Origin: Octopus vulgaris
Lineage: Eukaryota
NCBI GenBank assembly: GCA_951406725.2
Contig: OX597827.1
Span: 48,298,001-48,362,000, forward strand
Length of the DNA stretch: 64,000 bases
Direction: 5' to 3'
The notes under the pieces were generated by a model that was not told the DNA's origin, searched no databases, and worked only from the letters and a program-made list of their open reading frames with translations. Of the stretch, positions 38,907-52,850 are shown piece by piece (the stretch's first letter is position 1; every line of letters starts with the position of its first letter). Both the position numbers and the translations under genes were made by a program.

Positions 38907-39387
38907 GTGAGCAACCAAAGGATACTAGGGATACTGGTGGTGCCCACCAAAGGATACTAGGGATGAGAAGGGAAAGGCGAATTTTCCGGCCACGGAGGAG
39001 ACGCACCCTCCCTCAGTTGAAAAGAAAAAAAAGAAAAAGAGGAAGAGAAACGGGACATTACCGACAGTCGGTGACATAGTACCGGAATGTCCCGGAACTA
39101 CGTCGGTTGGGTTTGTGTCACCGACAGGAGAAGAAACACCGTTGGCGGGAACTGTGCCGCCAACGAAAGAATTGAATATCCCGCACTCGAACAAAAACGA
39201 TATATTGATCCTCTTTCATAGAGGCGGAGAGATTGAAAAGGTGATGGAAAAGCACCACAAGGGAGCACCTTTAGCCTTCAAACAGGACCCCGAATGGCCT
39301 CAGCAGGTAGCTGTGGAGGCCGTGGTGTTCGACGTGACATTTGGGCTGAAGGAGCTCAATGAGGGCGACGCTGACACGGAACTCTAT
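38907..39387 (+). mobile_element. GC-rich inserted coding fragment flanked by a 37-bp direct repeat
   Basis: Open frame from ~38944 (PKDTRDEKGKANF...KKKKKKRKR...QVAVEAVVFDVTFGLKELNE). 38865-38901 equals 39388-39424. Confidence 0.6.
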
Positions 39388-40663
39388 AAGTTTTCTATAA
39401 AGTACAGTGAATTATAAAGCATTTGTAAGTGTGATGCTAGTTCGGAATTATGAACATAATGGTTACGTATGTTCACAGTGAGATCACCTTAGGTCGCAGC
39501 TGTGTCAAATCAACGATGAAACAACGACAATAATAGCTTCGAAATCAATCCTTTGATCCGATGAAGTAACAATAGAATCTCTGCCTAATAGATCAGATTG
39601 CTTTAAATAAGAGACAGGTAACCGTCGACTTAAAAAGAAAGAATTCTATAATCACTGACTATCCATAAAAGGGACAACTTTCATCTTAAAGATGCCAGAC
39701 CAGTGCTATTTTCTTTGAGTAAACAATAACACTAGCAGCAACCACAATGATAGCAACAACAATAACACTAGGAAAGACAAAACCTACGTTGAAAGTCAAT
39801 AAACCATTCCGGTGGAGATATCTCTTAAGGAGGAAAGCTAAGGCCACTATGACCATTACTGAGATTTACATAACCGTTGCACGAAGCCGATATCTCAATT
39901 TTCGCCAAACTATGAATAGAGTAATGTAAAAATAGTATAATTATACGTCTACGAAAGCTAACAGTCATTGATATATCAATGATAAGTTTTTTTATATATT
40001 TTATTAGAGTTGTACAAAGCATATCAACGTGTTTATTAATGGCAACTAGCGTGATAATGGAATATTTATATTGTGAACTCGGGATTTTGTGTTCATAAAA
40101 TATAAAAATATAGCATTATTACATTTTCGTAGAGCCATATTCATCAAACAATATTAATATTCCTGCCAAATGTCTTGACGTTAAAAAAACAGTTATTAAT
40201 AATAAACAATTTCACTAACAATAAACACACACACACACATATCTGTGTGTGTGTGTGCGTGTGTGTGTATTTTTGTGTGTGTATGTGTTTGTTTGTGTGT
40301 GTAATTGTATGCATGTAGGTCCATAAATACTCTCTCGGGCATAAACTGAGGCCTTTAGACTAGTGGGCACGCTTAATATCAAAATGGGTGGGAACAAACA
40401 CGTATTCGAAGATACCAACAACTCTATGAATTTCCGCTCTCACAATTGAATAATAACGATAGTAATAATAATATAAATAAAATTGTGTTCCATTATAGAC
40501 ACAACGAATAACATTTTGTAAAAGGGTTAGTAGATTGTATCGACCCTAGATTGCATTTTATCAGCCCCCAAATGATGAAAGGCAAAGGCAAATACAGTGG
40601 AAATTTGAACTCAACAACAACAATAATAATAACAATAACAATAACGATAATAATAATAATAAT

Positions 40664-40935
40664 AACATGGGTGGTTCGTTCAACATCCTTAACCAACCCT
40701 TATTCAGGGACCTTTTGAGCGGAATGGGCTACTCAACCTGAAGAAAATTCTAACTAGGCCCCACCTGCAAGGTCATGTGCTGTTTATCTTGATATGAGAT
40801 CACCATGTCGCGCACATATGGTTGTGATGCCTGTGCTTGGTGTACCCTTATCAGACGGGTAGTCATGATGGGTATATTGGGCTTCGTATATTTTACCCCA
40901 GTGTCACTTTGATGGCATGAACTGCTCTCTCACTC

Positions 40936-40936
<1 letters not shown>
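40664..40936 (+). mobile_element. Family T element, 5'-truncated, in (TAA)n
   Basis: Matches ~11372-11644. Confidence 0.85.
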
Positions 40937-40994
<58 letters not shown>

Positions 40995-40996
<2 letters not shown>

Positions 40997-41160
40997 GCCG
41001 TGATGCAGTAACAAGCATTGACTTCGTGGCTTTTGATCAAAGTTGATTGGAAGTGTTATTAGGTACATTGTTTTGACTTGGTGTAAAAAGTGAGATGCAG
41101 CAAATATTCTGCTCAATACCACAGATTCGTTTGTGTCAGTTGCTTGATCTTAACCAGTTA
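40995..41160 (+). mobile_element. Family T element, 5' part
   Basis: Matches ~11092-11250. Confidence 0.8.
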
Positions 41161-41174
41161 GTGGCTTAACCTTA

Positions 41175-41340
41175 GTGACACGACAAGGTAGCCCAAAACT
41201 TTAACTGGCTATTATGCCGGAAGTATGGATATGAGGTAATGGGTATTTGGTACTATCATACAGCGCAAAAGCTAATGGAAGAAAAAGGGAAGGCAAAACT
41301 CCTCTGGGATTTTTGACTTCCAGATAGACAAGGTGATACT
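41175..41340 (+). pseudogene. R4/Dong LINE endonuclease-region fragment
   Basis: HDKVAQNFNWLLCRKYGYEVMGIWYYH...KAKLLWDF (cf. RHD..A..HW.LC..YG...WY.H...KILWDF). Confidence 0.75.
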
Positions 41341-41394
41341 GCGAAATGAAATGTTGTTGTGCTGCTGAGATAGGAACCGAAGAAGGTGGTTGAA

Positions 41395-41614
41395 CTTTAC
41401 ACTTTTACACTTTTAATTGTTTCAGTCATTTGTCGGTGGTCATGCTGGAGCACCGCCTTTAGTCCAGAAAATCAACCCCAGGATTCTTCTTTGTAAGCCT
41501 AGTACTTATTCTATCGGTCCCTTTAGCCGAACCGCTAAGTTACGGGGACATAGACACACCAGCATCTGTTGTCAAGCGATGCTGGGGGACAAACACAGAC
41601 ACACAAACATATGC

Positions 41615-41668
<54 letters not shown>

Positions 41669-41826
41669 CGGGCTTCTTTCAGTTTCCGTCTACCAAATCC
41701 ACTGACAAGGGTTTGGTCGGCCCGAGGTTATAATAGAAGACACTTGCCCAAGTTTCCACTCAGTGGAACTGAACCCAGAACCATGTGGTTGGCAAGCAAG
41801 CTACTAACCACACAACCACTCCTGCA
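41395..41826 (-). mobile_element. SINE family A
   Basis: Colinear with other copies; accounts for ORF 41417-41974. Confidence 0.85.
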
Positions 41827-42197
41827 CCTATCTACACATAGAGCTGAAGATTTTGCCCAATTCTTAGCTGAGATGTTGGTGCTTCCCATCGATACTTCGG
41901 TGAGTGAGGCTCAGACTTTCGGCATACCAAACAGTTCAACCAACGGCAACCTTACCTTTCGCGATACATCATAGAAAAACTGGGTATATAATTTGGCAGG
42001 AATGGGGATTTGTTCAATTTAGATCAATCGAAAGCGATTGATAGGAGCACCCGTCAATACTTGGCGGCTCTCTTGAAAGCATCTGATATCGTTTATATTT
42101 TCAGAGAAAAGATCATTATAATGTACAGCAGCATTTTCCTCGTCAATGCATTTGGTGTGGATTCCAGCATGGCGATGTAAAAAGGGTTAGTGGCAGC

Positions 42198-42213
42198 TTA
42201 TTATTATTATCAT

Positions 42214-42270
<57 letters not shown>

Positions 42271-42700
42271 GAGGAGGAGGAGGAGGAGGAGGAGGAAGTG
42301 GAGGAAAGAAAGAAAGGGGAGGAGGGGAGGAGGAAAATGAGAGGAAGGCGAAGAGGAGGTGGAGATAAGGCGGGAAGGCGAGGGGGGAGAGAGGAGGAGA
42401 GGAGAGGAGAAGAATATGGTAGAAGAGGAGGGAAGAGAAGAGGGGAGATGGAGAAGAAGAAGAAGAAGAAGAAAAAGAAGATGGTTGGCAGGAGGAGCAA
42501 TAGGAAGAAGTGGAAGCTGAGGCGGTAGCAACAGCAGTAGTAGCAGCAGCAACAGCACTTGAAACGATGCTAAATTCTTCAATCAATGTAGTAGTAATAG
42601 TAGTAGTAGTAGTAGTATTAGTAGTATCAGCAGCAGTAGCATTCGCAGCAACAACAACATGCTGGAGTGTGAACAACAGCAACAACTACAACAGCAGCGA
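42198..42700. repeat. Compound microsatellite / purine-rich tract: (TAG)n, (GAG)n, (GAA)n, (CAG/CAA)n
   Basis: Directly visible. Confidence 0.9.
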
Positions 42701-43799
42701 CACGTTCAGCATCAACGGAAGTGATACCAACTGTTTAAACCGAAGGAACAGAAATAGCTCCTGTTTATTCCGTCTAGCTAACTCGTTAGGTTGCCGCCAG
42801 CAAAGAGAATTTGGATGAAATAAAATGAAATTAAATGAAATGAAAAGGCCAACACGATATTTAATGCATATCAACGTTTTCATCCAGTCATGCTTTTAAC
42901 ACATTTCTGTAACATAGACTCTCTATTGAATTTCCGCCTTACGCTTGTCCACAGCCTGTCCGCAGTCCATCCACTACGCAGGAAAATATAAAGAGCGGGA
43001 TACTCATAAATATATTGGCGAAACAGTCACTGTATTCAGTTATGTGTTACTGCTTTGTAACTATTTCATTCGCATTTATATTCCGATTGAATACACATAC
43101 CAATAACGGTAAAATCGTTAACATGCAATAAGCTCTGCCGGTTCTTTAATCTGGCTTGCGTCGCATATTGAACACTACTTGAGCCAGCTTAATTGTTTCC
43201 ATTTCTGTCGTTTTAATTCGAAAGCGTTAGACGAAAATAACCAAAAACCAATCGGCTAATCTGAATGAATATGTTTCATTGAAATTCTTTTACTAGAAAA
43301 CCCATTTATTGGAACAGGATGTTAAATTCCAGTGAATGAATTGCGATGATGTGTTATATGAAATGTGATGGAATTTCCTTCCATGGATTCCAGATTCTAA
43401 CAAAACCGAAACAATTGAGGCTTTGTAATGGCCTCAATGATTAGTAAACTACATAGATTTTCAATCAGTCACTCCTTCCTGCATCCATTCATTTACACTC
43501 AGACACATACAGGCGTGCACATTCATTTATGTATGTATACACGTTGAGTGTCTGTGCTTGTGTGCACGTGGATGCATGTGTGTGTATGTGCATGTACATA
43601 ATAAAGAGCTCTGTGTATAATATATATTAAAGTTATAAAAATATTTATTTATATATATGTGTGTATATGTATATATATATATATATATATACATATATAT
43701 ACATATATATATACATTTAGATATTGATAAGTATTCACCTGTGAGTGTATGTATATGTACATGTATATATGTGCATACATCTGCATGTATATATATGCT

Positions 43800-43854
<55 letters not shown>

Positions 43855-44763
43855 TTATATTCGTGTGTGTGCGTGTTTCTATGTACATACATACATGTAT
43901 ATAAATATGGGTGTGTATATATATGTACATGTATATACGTACATATATGTGCGTGTATACTTATATGTTCATATATGTGTGTTTATGTTTGTGTGTGCAT
44001 GTATGAGGTGTAAGAATGTATATATTTCTCTATTATATGCACGTTTTTATGAGGGTGTAGTTGTGTGTTTTGGTCTTTGCGTGTGTGTGTGTGTGTGTGT
44101 GGGTATGTGTGTGTTTGTATGAGAATATTGCATCAACTACCGAATGGCATTATTCCCTTAAAAGGCATGACAAAAACCTGAAAACTGCAAATAAGTTCCG
44201 ATAGCATTGTCTATTTTAATGTAATATGGTAGAACAAGGCTTGTGTACAGAAAATATTGAAAAATGAACCGAACAAGGAAAAAAACACCGCCACAACAGA
44301 AACACGTAATATTATTGAAATGACGGAAACCGTTTTACGCCTCAACGACAAAATCAGCCATTTTAGTAATCAACGTCGAATAATATGAAACATTTCTCTG
44401 CCTTTTCCCTCCTTAATTGATCCATTAGTCATTTATTTATGTTGCTGGGGTATTACTGGCATTTCTGTGTAATGAGATAAGCTTTCATTTTCATTACTAT
44501 ATTAGGCAACGCTGCAAATATTACATCCTATCAGCGTTTATCTCCAGTAAATTATAAATCGTTTTTACTGTTGTCATTGTTATGAAACTCATAAGAGACA
44601 CCAGCAGAGACATGGTTGGTGTCATATAAACTCTGACTCATGAGTTCAAACGAGATTCTCGGTTGATTTTGTTTTTAACCCTCCAAGGACAACAAATCCA
44701 GTCCTGTGCTCTAGGTTATATTCTCAAAATTTCTCACAAACCCACGATCTTCTGCAGGTTTGC

Positions 44764-44829
<66 letters not shown>

Positions 44830-44830
<1 letters not shown>

Positions 44831-45621
44831 GTACCAGACAGTAGTTCTCATGGCTTCTGAACTTAACTGATTGGAAGTGTTATCATGTACAATGTTTTTC
44901 CTGGTATAAAACATGGGCTACAGCAAATATTCTGCTCAATACCACAGATGTGCTTGTCAGTTGTTTGACCTTAACTTGTTGAATATGTCCCTTAGTGGCT
45001 GACAATATGTGCATGTTTGATCACGAGCAGAAGTAGTAGGGGAGCACCATAGCCGTATGTTGAGAAGAGTTCTCTGAAGTTTGAATAAGTCATCTCTGAA
45101 AACATGATTGTTTCGTTTATCATCCTTAAAGGACCTCATTCAGGGTCCTTTGGAATGGGATGGACAACTCAACCCGAAAAAAATTCTAAAGGGGCTTCAC
45201 TTGCAAGGTAATACTCTGTTTATCTTGACCTTGCAGATGGGGCCCAGTTAGAATTTTCTTCTACTCGAGTAACCCATCCCGATCAAAAGGTCCCTGAATA
45301 AAGGTTGTTTAAGGATGTTGAACGTAACACTCATGTTTCCAGAGGTGAATTATTCAAACCCCCAAAAATTGCTCTCAACACATGGCTATGATGCTCACCC
45401 ACTATTTCTGCTCGTGATCAGTGATACACATATCGTCAGCCACTAAGCGACATGCTCAACTAGTTAAGGTCAAACAACTGACAAGCAAATCTGTGGTATT
45501 GAGCAGAATATTTGCTGTAGCCCTTCTTTTATACCGTGACAAAACAATGTATATGATAACACTTCCAATCAGCTAAGATCAGGAACCACGAGTGCCACTG
45601 CCTGGTACTGCATCAGGGCAT
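44830..45621. mobile_element. Two family T elements fused in inverted orientation
   Basis: 44830-45228 (+) and 45226-45621 (-) each match the first ~400 bp of 11092-11644. (TAA)n lies to the left and (TTA)n to the right. Confidence 0.85.
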
Positions 45622-45685
<64 letters not shown>

Positions 45686-45694
45686 CACTATATT

Positions 45695-45892
45695 AAGGCG
45701 GCCAGGTGGCAGAATGGTTAGCATGCCGAGCAAAATGCTTTCGTCTGTCGCTACGTTCTAAAGCCACCAGGTCGGCTTTGCTTTTCATCCTTTTGAGGTG
45801 TCGATAAAATAAATACGCGTACAGCGCTAGGGTCGATGTAATCGACTATACCCCACCCCTAAATTTCACGTCTTGTGCCTATAGTAGAAAGG
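45695..45892 (+). mobile_element. SINE family B, diverged
   Basis: Head, core and tail all recognisable. Confidence 0.7.
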
Positions 45893-45943
45893 AGTTTTAT
45901 TATTATCATTATCATTATCATCATTATTATTATTATTATCATT

Positions 45944-45978
<35 letters not shown>

Positions 45979-45982
45979 CATT

Positions 45983-46026
<44 letters not shown>

Positions 46027-46596
46027 TATTTCATTATTGTTATTATTATCATTATTATTATCATTATCATTATTATCATTATTAATATTATTATTGTATA
46101 AAATAACATGATGTAAGTGAGCGCTTTGATGATGAAAGGAAAACAATTCGCACAGTCATCTATTTGATAAAAATTAAAGAAATTAAATAGCAAACTATAA
46201 AAGTAGAACCTTCTTTCAAATACTCACTTCAAACGTTATGATTTAATAGATAATAAGTAATGCTGACGAATTTCTCTTTCACAATTGTAAAAGCACGGCG
46301 GGTTGTCGAAGATTGAGATGTCGACAGATACAGGAATAAGATTGACGTAACTTAACATACATGTCAAACCCATTTGGTAGCTTCGTGAATGATTGACTCA
46401 CTAATAATGACAACTGTCTGAGATAGACATCGTCTTTAAGGTAGGAGACATATCCAGTACAATATCGAAATGTCAATACATGTGTGCGTGCGTTTGGGTG
46501 TATGATTGTGTATCAATATCTGTTTGTCTATTTATCTGTTTATCTATCTATGCGTCTACCTACATTTATATCTACTTATTTATTTATTTTCTCTCC

Positions 46597-46686
<90 letters not shown>

Positions 46687-46689
<3 letters not shown>

Positions 46690-47015
46690 TTGTTATATTT
46701 CGGAATGGTCATATTGCCAGTTTAGCCAATAAAAACACACGCACTATATATTTGGTGTTATTTTGCTTCAGTGATATTTATTTTTTACATTAATCTTAAT
46801 CTTATTTCGGCCAAAGTTCTTTCGTCACACTCCTGTGACCGCATCAGTGGTCCTTTGTTTTCTTCTCACTTACTTGTGTCTCTCCTTACTAACCGTCAGC
46901 CATTTTGTATTTCTATTGTATGGCTAAACTGGCAATATGACCATTCCGAAATATAACAATATCTGTTTCAACACACGACTTCACATAAAAAATCTTGCAC
47001 AACAAATATTTAAAC

Positions 47016-47016
<1 letters not shown>
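46687..47016. mobile_element. Partly inverted copy of the 1-350 element in (TA)n
   Basis: ~41-bp perfect inverted repeat 46687-46728 / 46921-46962; TA repeats on both sides. Confidence 0.75.
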
Positions 47017-47062
<46 letters not shown>

Positions 47063-47365
47063 TAAATAAAACATATGCATATATATAAACATATATGTAC
47101 GTACCTACCTCTACATGTACATATACACGCATATATGAGTACAGGACACCAAAAAGACGTCGAACACAATGAGAAACGAAAACATAGACAGAAACCCAAG
47201 GAACTGGACATTTTTTTTAAACAACAAAAAATAGAGTACAGGACAATTAACACAAAGAAAAAAACCCTTCTTCAGTCGCTATGGTTTCATCTACTCTACG
47301 TTTCTCTCTCTATATATATATATATAGTGTATCTATCTATCTATATGTGTGTGTGTGTATGCATG

Positions 47366-47730
47366 TAGGCATGGCTGTAGAATAAGAAGCTTAATTCCGA
47401 ATCACATGGTTCAAGGTTCAATTCCACTTGGGCAAGTGTGTCTACTGTAGCTTCGAGCCGAACAAATCCTTGTGAGTGGAAACCGAATGAAGCCTGTCGT
47501 ATATATGTATATAGGTATCCATGTGCGTGTCTAAGTATCCGCAGTTTCAAAACCGGTGTTGGTGTGTTTACGAAATCACAGGTGATACAAGTCTATATTC
47601 GGCAATAGAAACCGATAGAATAAGTATTTGGCTTTAATAAACGTCCCTAGATCCATTTGTTCGACGAAAACTCTTCAAGGCGGTGCCTCGGCATGGCCGC
47701 AGTCAAATGACTGAAACAGCAAAAGATAAA
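47366..47730 (+). mobile_element. SINE family A, diverged, carrying a foreign 31-bp patch
   Basis: GGCATGGCTG..CACATGGTTCAAGGTTCAATTCCAC head and GCATGGCCGCAGTCAAATGACTGAAAC tail. Confidence 0.75.
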
Positions 47731-49169
47731 ATATATATATATATAATTTTCTTTATACCAAATTTTGATGCTAAATTGTGTGCATTGTTTGATGAACATA
47801 GATTATTAAAATAATGTCACACTATTTATAACTCTTAGACATTCTTCTATCAATTATATGAAATGTGTCATCTATTTTACATATGATAAACGTGATGAAG
47901 CAATGGAAATTTGCAATAACATCAGATACTGAGACATTTCTAATTATAACACGTAATAGCAATGCAATTAATATTTAAGATTTGTTAATTGTCTTTCTTT
48001 ATATTCTCCTGTTCATGATTAATTTCTGATAATTAAACATTAGTGTTACCGGCACCCGTTTCTTGCTCCACGTTCTTTTATTGATTCAATATATTTCTCT
48101 ACACCTATTCAAAATGTAAATAATGTTGACGTCACTTCAACCTGAAACACTGCTTCTCTTTCTATTTAACATGTCTACTTACAATGAAGTACCATCATTA
48201 GTATTTGTGAACATGCACCTCATAAATCACGATGTTGTTTCTTGTTATGATTTTAATGATGATTAATGTGGCGAGCTGGTAAGATCGTTAATATACTTTT
48301 GCGGCATGTTGCTCCGCTAAGGCCGTCTACTTTGTCATTCACTCGACAGCGGTCGATATAATAAAAGCCCTGTGAAGTAAGTGAGTCGAGATAATTGTCA
48401 AACACTTCCCTTTAAAATTCTTGACTTTGTGTCTAAATGAGAAGCATTGTTTTGTCGCTAATTAAGGTGACACTCTCTCAGCATCATTAGCTTGTCGGGA
48501 AAATGAATTCTAGCTTTTCTCGCCTTTCTTCATATTCTGAGTTCATATTTTATCGGGATCAATTTCATGTTTATCCCTTTCGTAAGTACTTGTGTCTAGA
48601 TAATCGACAAATACAGTCATCGGTCAAGGAAGGACATTTTATCAAAGTTAGAGAGAAATAAATGTGGCAAGCTGGCGGAATCGTTTGTGCGTTGAATGAA
48701 TTAAAATGTGGTTATTGCTCTGAATTCAAATGCCCTTCATTCTCTCGGTCTCAATAAAATAAATATCAGGCAAATGGTGGAGCGATTTCACCGTCTCAAA
48801 ATATTGGGCCTGTGTTAGAAGCAATGGTTGTATTGCTTGTCGTTGCTTATTCAAAGAGAAGTTCTGCCCGAGACCTATGCCTGATCTGTGAAGCGATAAT
48901 GTGAGTGTGAACACAACCTGAAACGGTCCGAATGAAGAAGGATGTAGTGGTCGAATTAGTTAACGTGGATTGCGGTGTGGGGTCAGAGGAAGAGAAGGTG
49001 AGAGTAGGAAATATGAAGGTTTCCAGTGAGGGTGGTTGTTGGTGACTTGCTGGTTCAGAGGAAATCTGTTCGACAATTTTACACCAATATGTGTGCGTGT
49101 ATCTGTTTACGTGCATTTGTGTGTGCATCTACATCATTTGAACAAAGACATACATACATACACGAACAC

Positions 49170-50759
<1,590 letters not shown>

Positions 50760-50831
50760 TATATATATACATATATATATACATACGTATATGTATATAC
50801 ATATAAAGACATATATATATTTTTTATGGAA

Positions 50832-50878
<47 letters not shown>

Positions 50879-50955
50879 TCAATAGTAATGGTAAGGCAGC
50901 AAAAGAAAGAAAGAGGCCTCGATATTATGAAAATAGAGGAATTTATCTGTATATA

Positions 50956-51116
50956 ATGTGACAATTATTCGGTTGCCATAATAACACACTGAAAAAATGC
51001 TATGAAAATCATAGCATTGCTTGATTGCTTCGATAACTGACGGGATGTCGGCACAGATTTCCGCCCCGACATCCGAGAGTCGGCGTGTTATTATGGCAAC
51101 CGAATAATTGTCACAT
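50956..51116 (+). mobile_element. 161-bp element with 32-bp inverted termini and a decayed HHR
   Basis: ATGTGACAATTATTCGGTTGCCATAATAACAC and its reverse complement at 51085-51116. Internal AUAA-CUGACG-GGAUGUCGG..CCGACAUCC-GAGA...UUAU. Confidence 0.65.
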
Positions 51117-51148
51117 ATTATATTACACACAGACACACACACACACAT

Positions 51149-51206
<58 letters not shown>

Positions 51207-51210
<4 letters not shown>

Positions 51211-51397
51211 AGAAAATGGAGGCAACAGAATTTTGAATAATTCTTTATTAGCGAATTTTTTGGTTTATCTCACATGTCAAGATTAAATCAAACTCACAAT
51301 CATTTTCCAAATTGTATTTGTTTTGACGAGTTCGATAAACGAATGAAACAGCAAATAAAGAAATATCGAAAATTCTGACAACCTCCTTTTTCGCAAT
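51207..51397. mobile_element. TA-flanked element with degenerate ~43-bp inverted termini and an HHR remnant
   Basis: ATTGAGAAAATGGAGG..CAGAATTTT versus AAAATTCTG..CCTCCTTTTTCGCAAT. Internal UUGACGA-GUUCG(AUAAA)CGAAU-GAAAC at ~51323-51349. Confidence 0.5.
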
Positions 51398-51428
51398 ATA
51401 CAATATCTCTACAAACTCTCTCTCTCTG

Positions 51429-51535
<107 letters not shown>

Positions 51536-51599
51536 CCGCGTGTGTACCGTTGGCGATTTTTTCCTCCGTCTTCCTTTCTTTGGACTTTCCTTTTCCTAT

Positions 51600-51634
51600 G
51601 TTTCTGACGAAGAGCTTTGCTCGAAACGTTAAAC
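51600..51634 (+). ncRNA. Ultra-minimal type I HHR motif of PLE type, within a fragment at ~51535-51715
   Basis: GUUU-CUGACGA-A-GAGC(UUU)GCUC-GAAA-C-GUU^AAAC. Helix III is reduced to the palindrome AACGUU. Confidence 0.7.
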
Positions 51635-52284
51635 CCTCCGTCTTTCCTTCTTTCCTGAACGTCCAATAATACTATACTTGTTCGACGTCCTCGCGTTGTT
51701 GTTTTTAATGTTTACATACATAATATATTTTCAATGTGTTGCTGTATATATTTTGGAAATTGTTCAATTGCTACTGAGAGAGTGAGGGAAACCACTACGT
51801 GACCTACCACTCTGTTTCCAAGTTCCTTTCAAATATGGTACAAGTGTCTTTAATACCATATTTGACTAGGTGGTCGAATGCAAAACGTGCCTAAACAATA
51901 ATGTGGCCTGACTATAGTTACATTTCTTCGAAATTGGATGGCAAAAACCATAATACCAATGACCAATGTTTGCAACTAATATATCATATATAAACTTAAA
52001 TTGAATCGAAGATTATTAAAGTTTTAAATTGTTGATCCTTTGTATTTAAATTTACAAGAGAAGATTTATTGTTCTTGTTGACGATGTGTCGGACATCAAC
52101 AATGATTGAGCCGACTCTTCATAAAATTATATCCCTGTCATGATCATTCCATTTTTCTTTAGAATAATATTCCTATAGAACTTGTTACAGACAATGTCCA
52201 GTGATGCAGTTCACTATTTGAAGCAGCATGGCGTAATTTAGGAAAAATGTGACCGAAATTTTGAACAGTTTACGCTGCTATGTA

Positions 52285-52850
52285 TTGGGTTGTCCGGAAA
52301 GTTCATGTCGATTTTTAGTAGCTTACCTTTCAACTTATTTTAGAACATGGTTGAGTGCATAAAATAGGATTTTACTACACCTCCATTTAGAGAGCACAGT
52401 TTAAGCTATCTTTTCGTGGAGGAAGGTTTATGTTCCTATAACCTGTGTTAATTCTGTAACCCTTCAAAATGGAAGATAAGAAAGTTCATTTTCGGCACTT
52501 GATGCTTTGGGAACCAGACAAAAACTGCTGCAGCTCGGCTGTTATGTTACCCCACCCTCCATATTCACCAGATATTGTTCCTTCGGATTTCCACTTATTC
52601 AGGTCTCCGCACAATAGACTTAATGGTAAAAATTTCAATTACTTGAGTGACGTAAAAAGGTACCTTGATGAATTATTTGCCATGAAACCACATCAATTCT
52701 GGAAAAAGGGTATTTTCAAATTAAAAGAAAGATGGAGACGCATTGTGCAACAAAACTGTTCATATTTGGTTGATTAAAAATGTAATGGCAAGTATTTATT
52801 GACCTTTTTCTTTCCTTTAAAAATCAGTACGAACTTTCGGGACATCCCAA
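52285..52850 (+). mobile_element. Internally deleted mariner transposon with TA TSD
   Basis: TA|TTGGGTTGTCCGGAAAGTTC...GATTTT and AAAATC..GAACTTTCGGGACATCCCAA|TA inverted termini. Confidence 0.92.
52469..52777 (+). pseudogene. Mariner transposase remnant (N-terminus fused to C-terminus)
   Basis: MEDKKVHFRHLMLWE joined to LPHPPYSPDIVPSDFHLF...GIFKLKERWRRIV (YSPDLAPSD motif). Confidence 0.9.

Noticed and set aside
47130-47305. PLE-like fragment with CUGAAGAAG and GAAACGUAG on the minus strand
   Set aside because: The pieces are in the wrong order for a single HHR and have no supporting helices.
48880-49070. Possible LINE ORF2 C-terminus (SFFIRT) on the minus strand
   Set aside because: Too short and degenerate to support a call.
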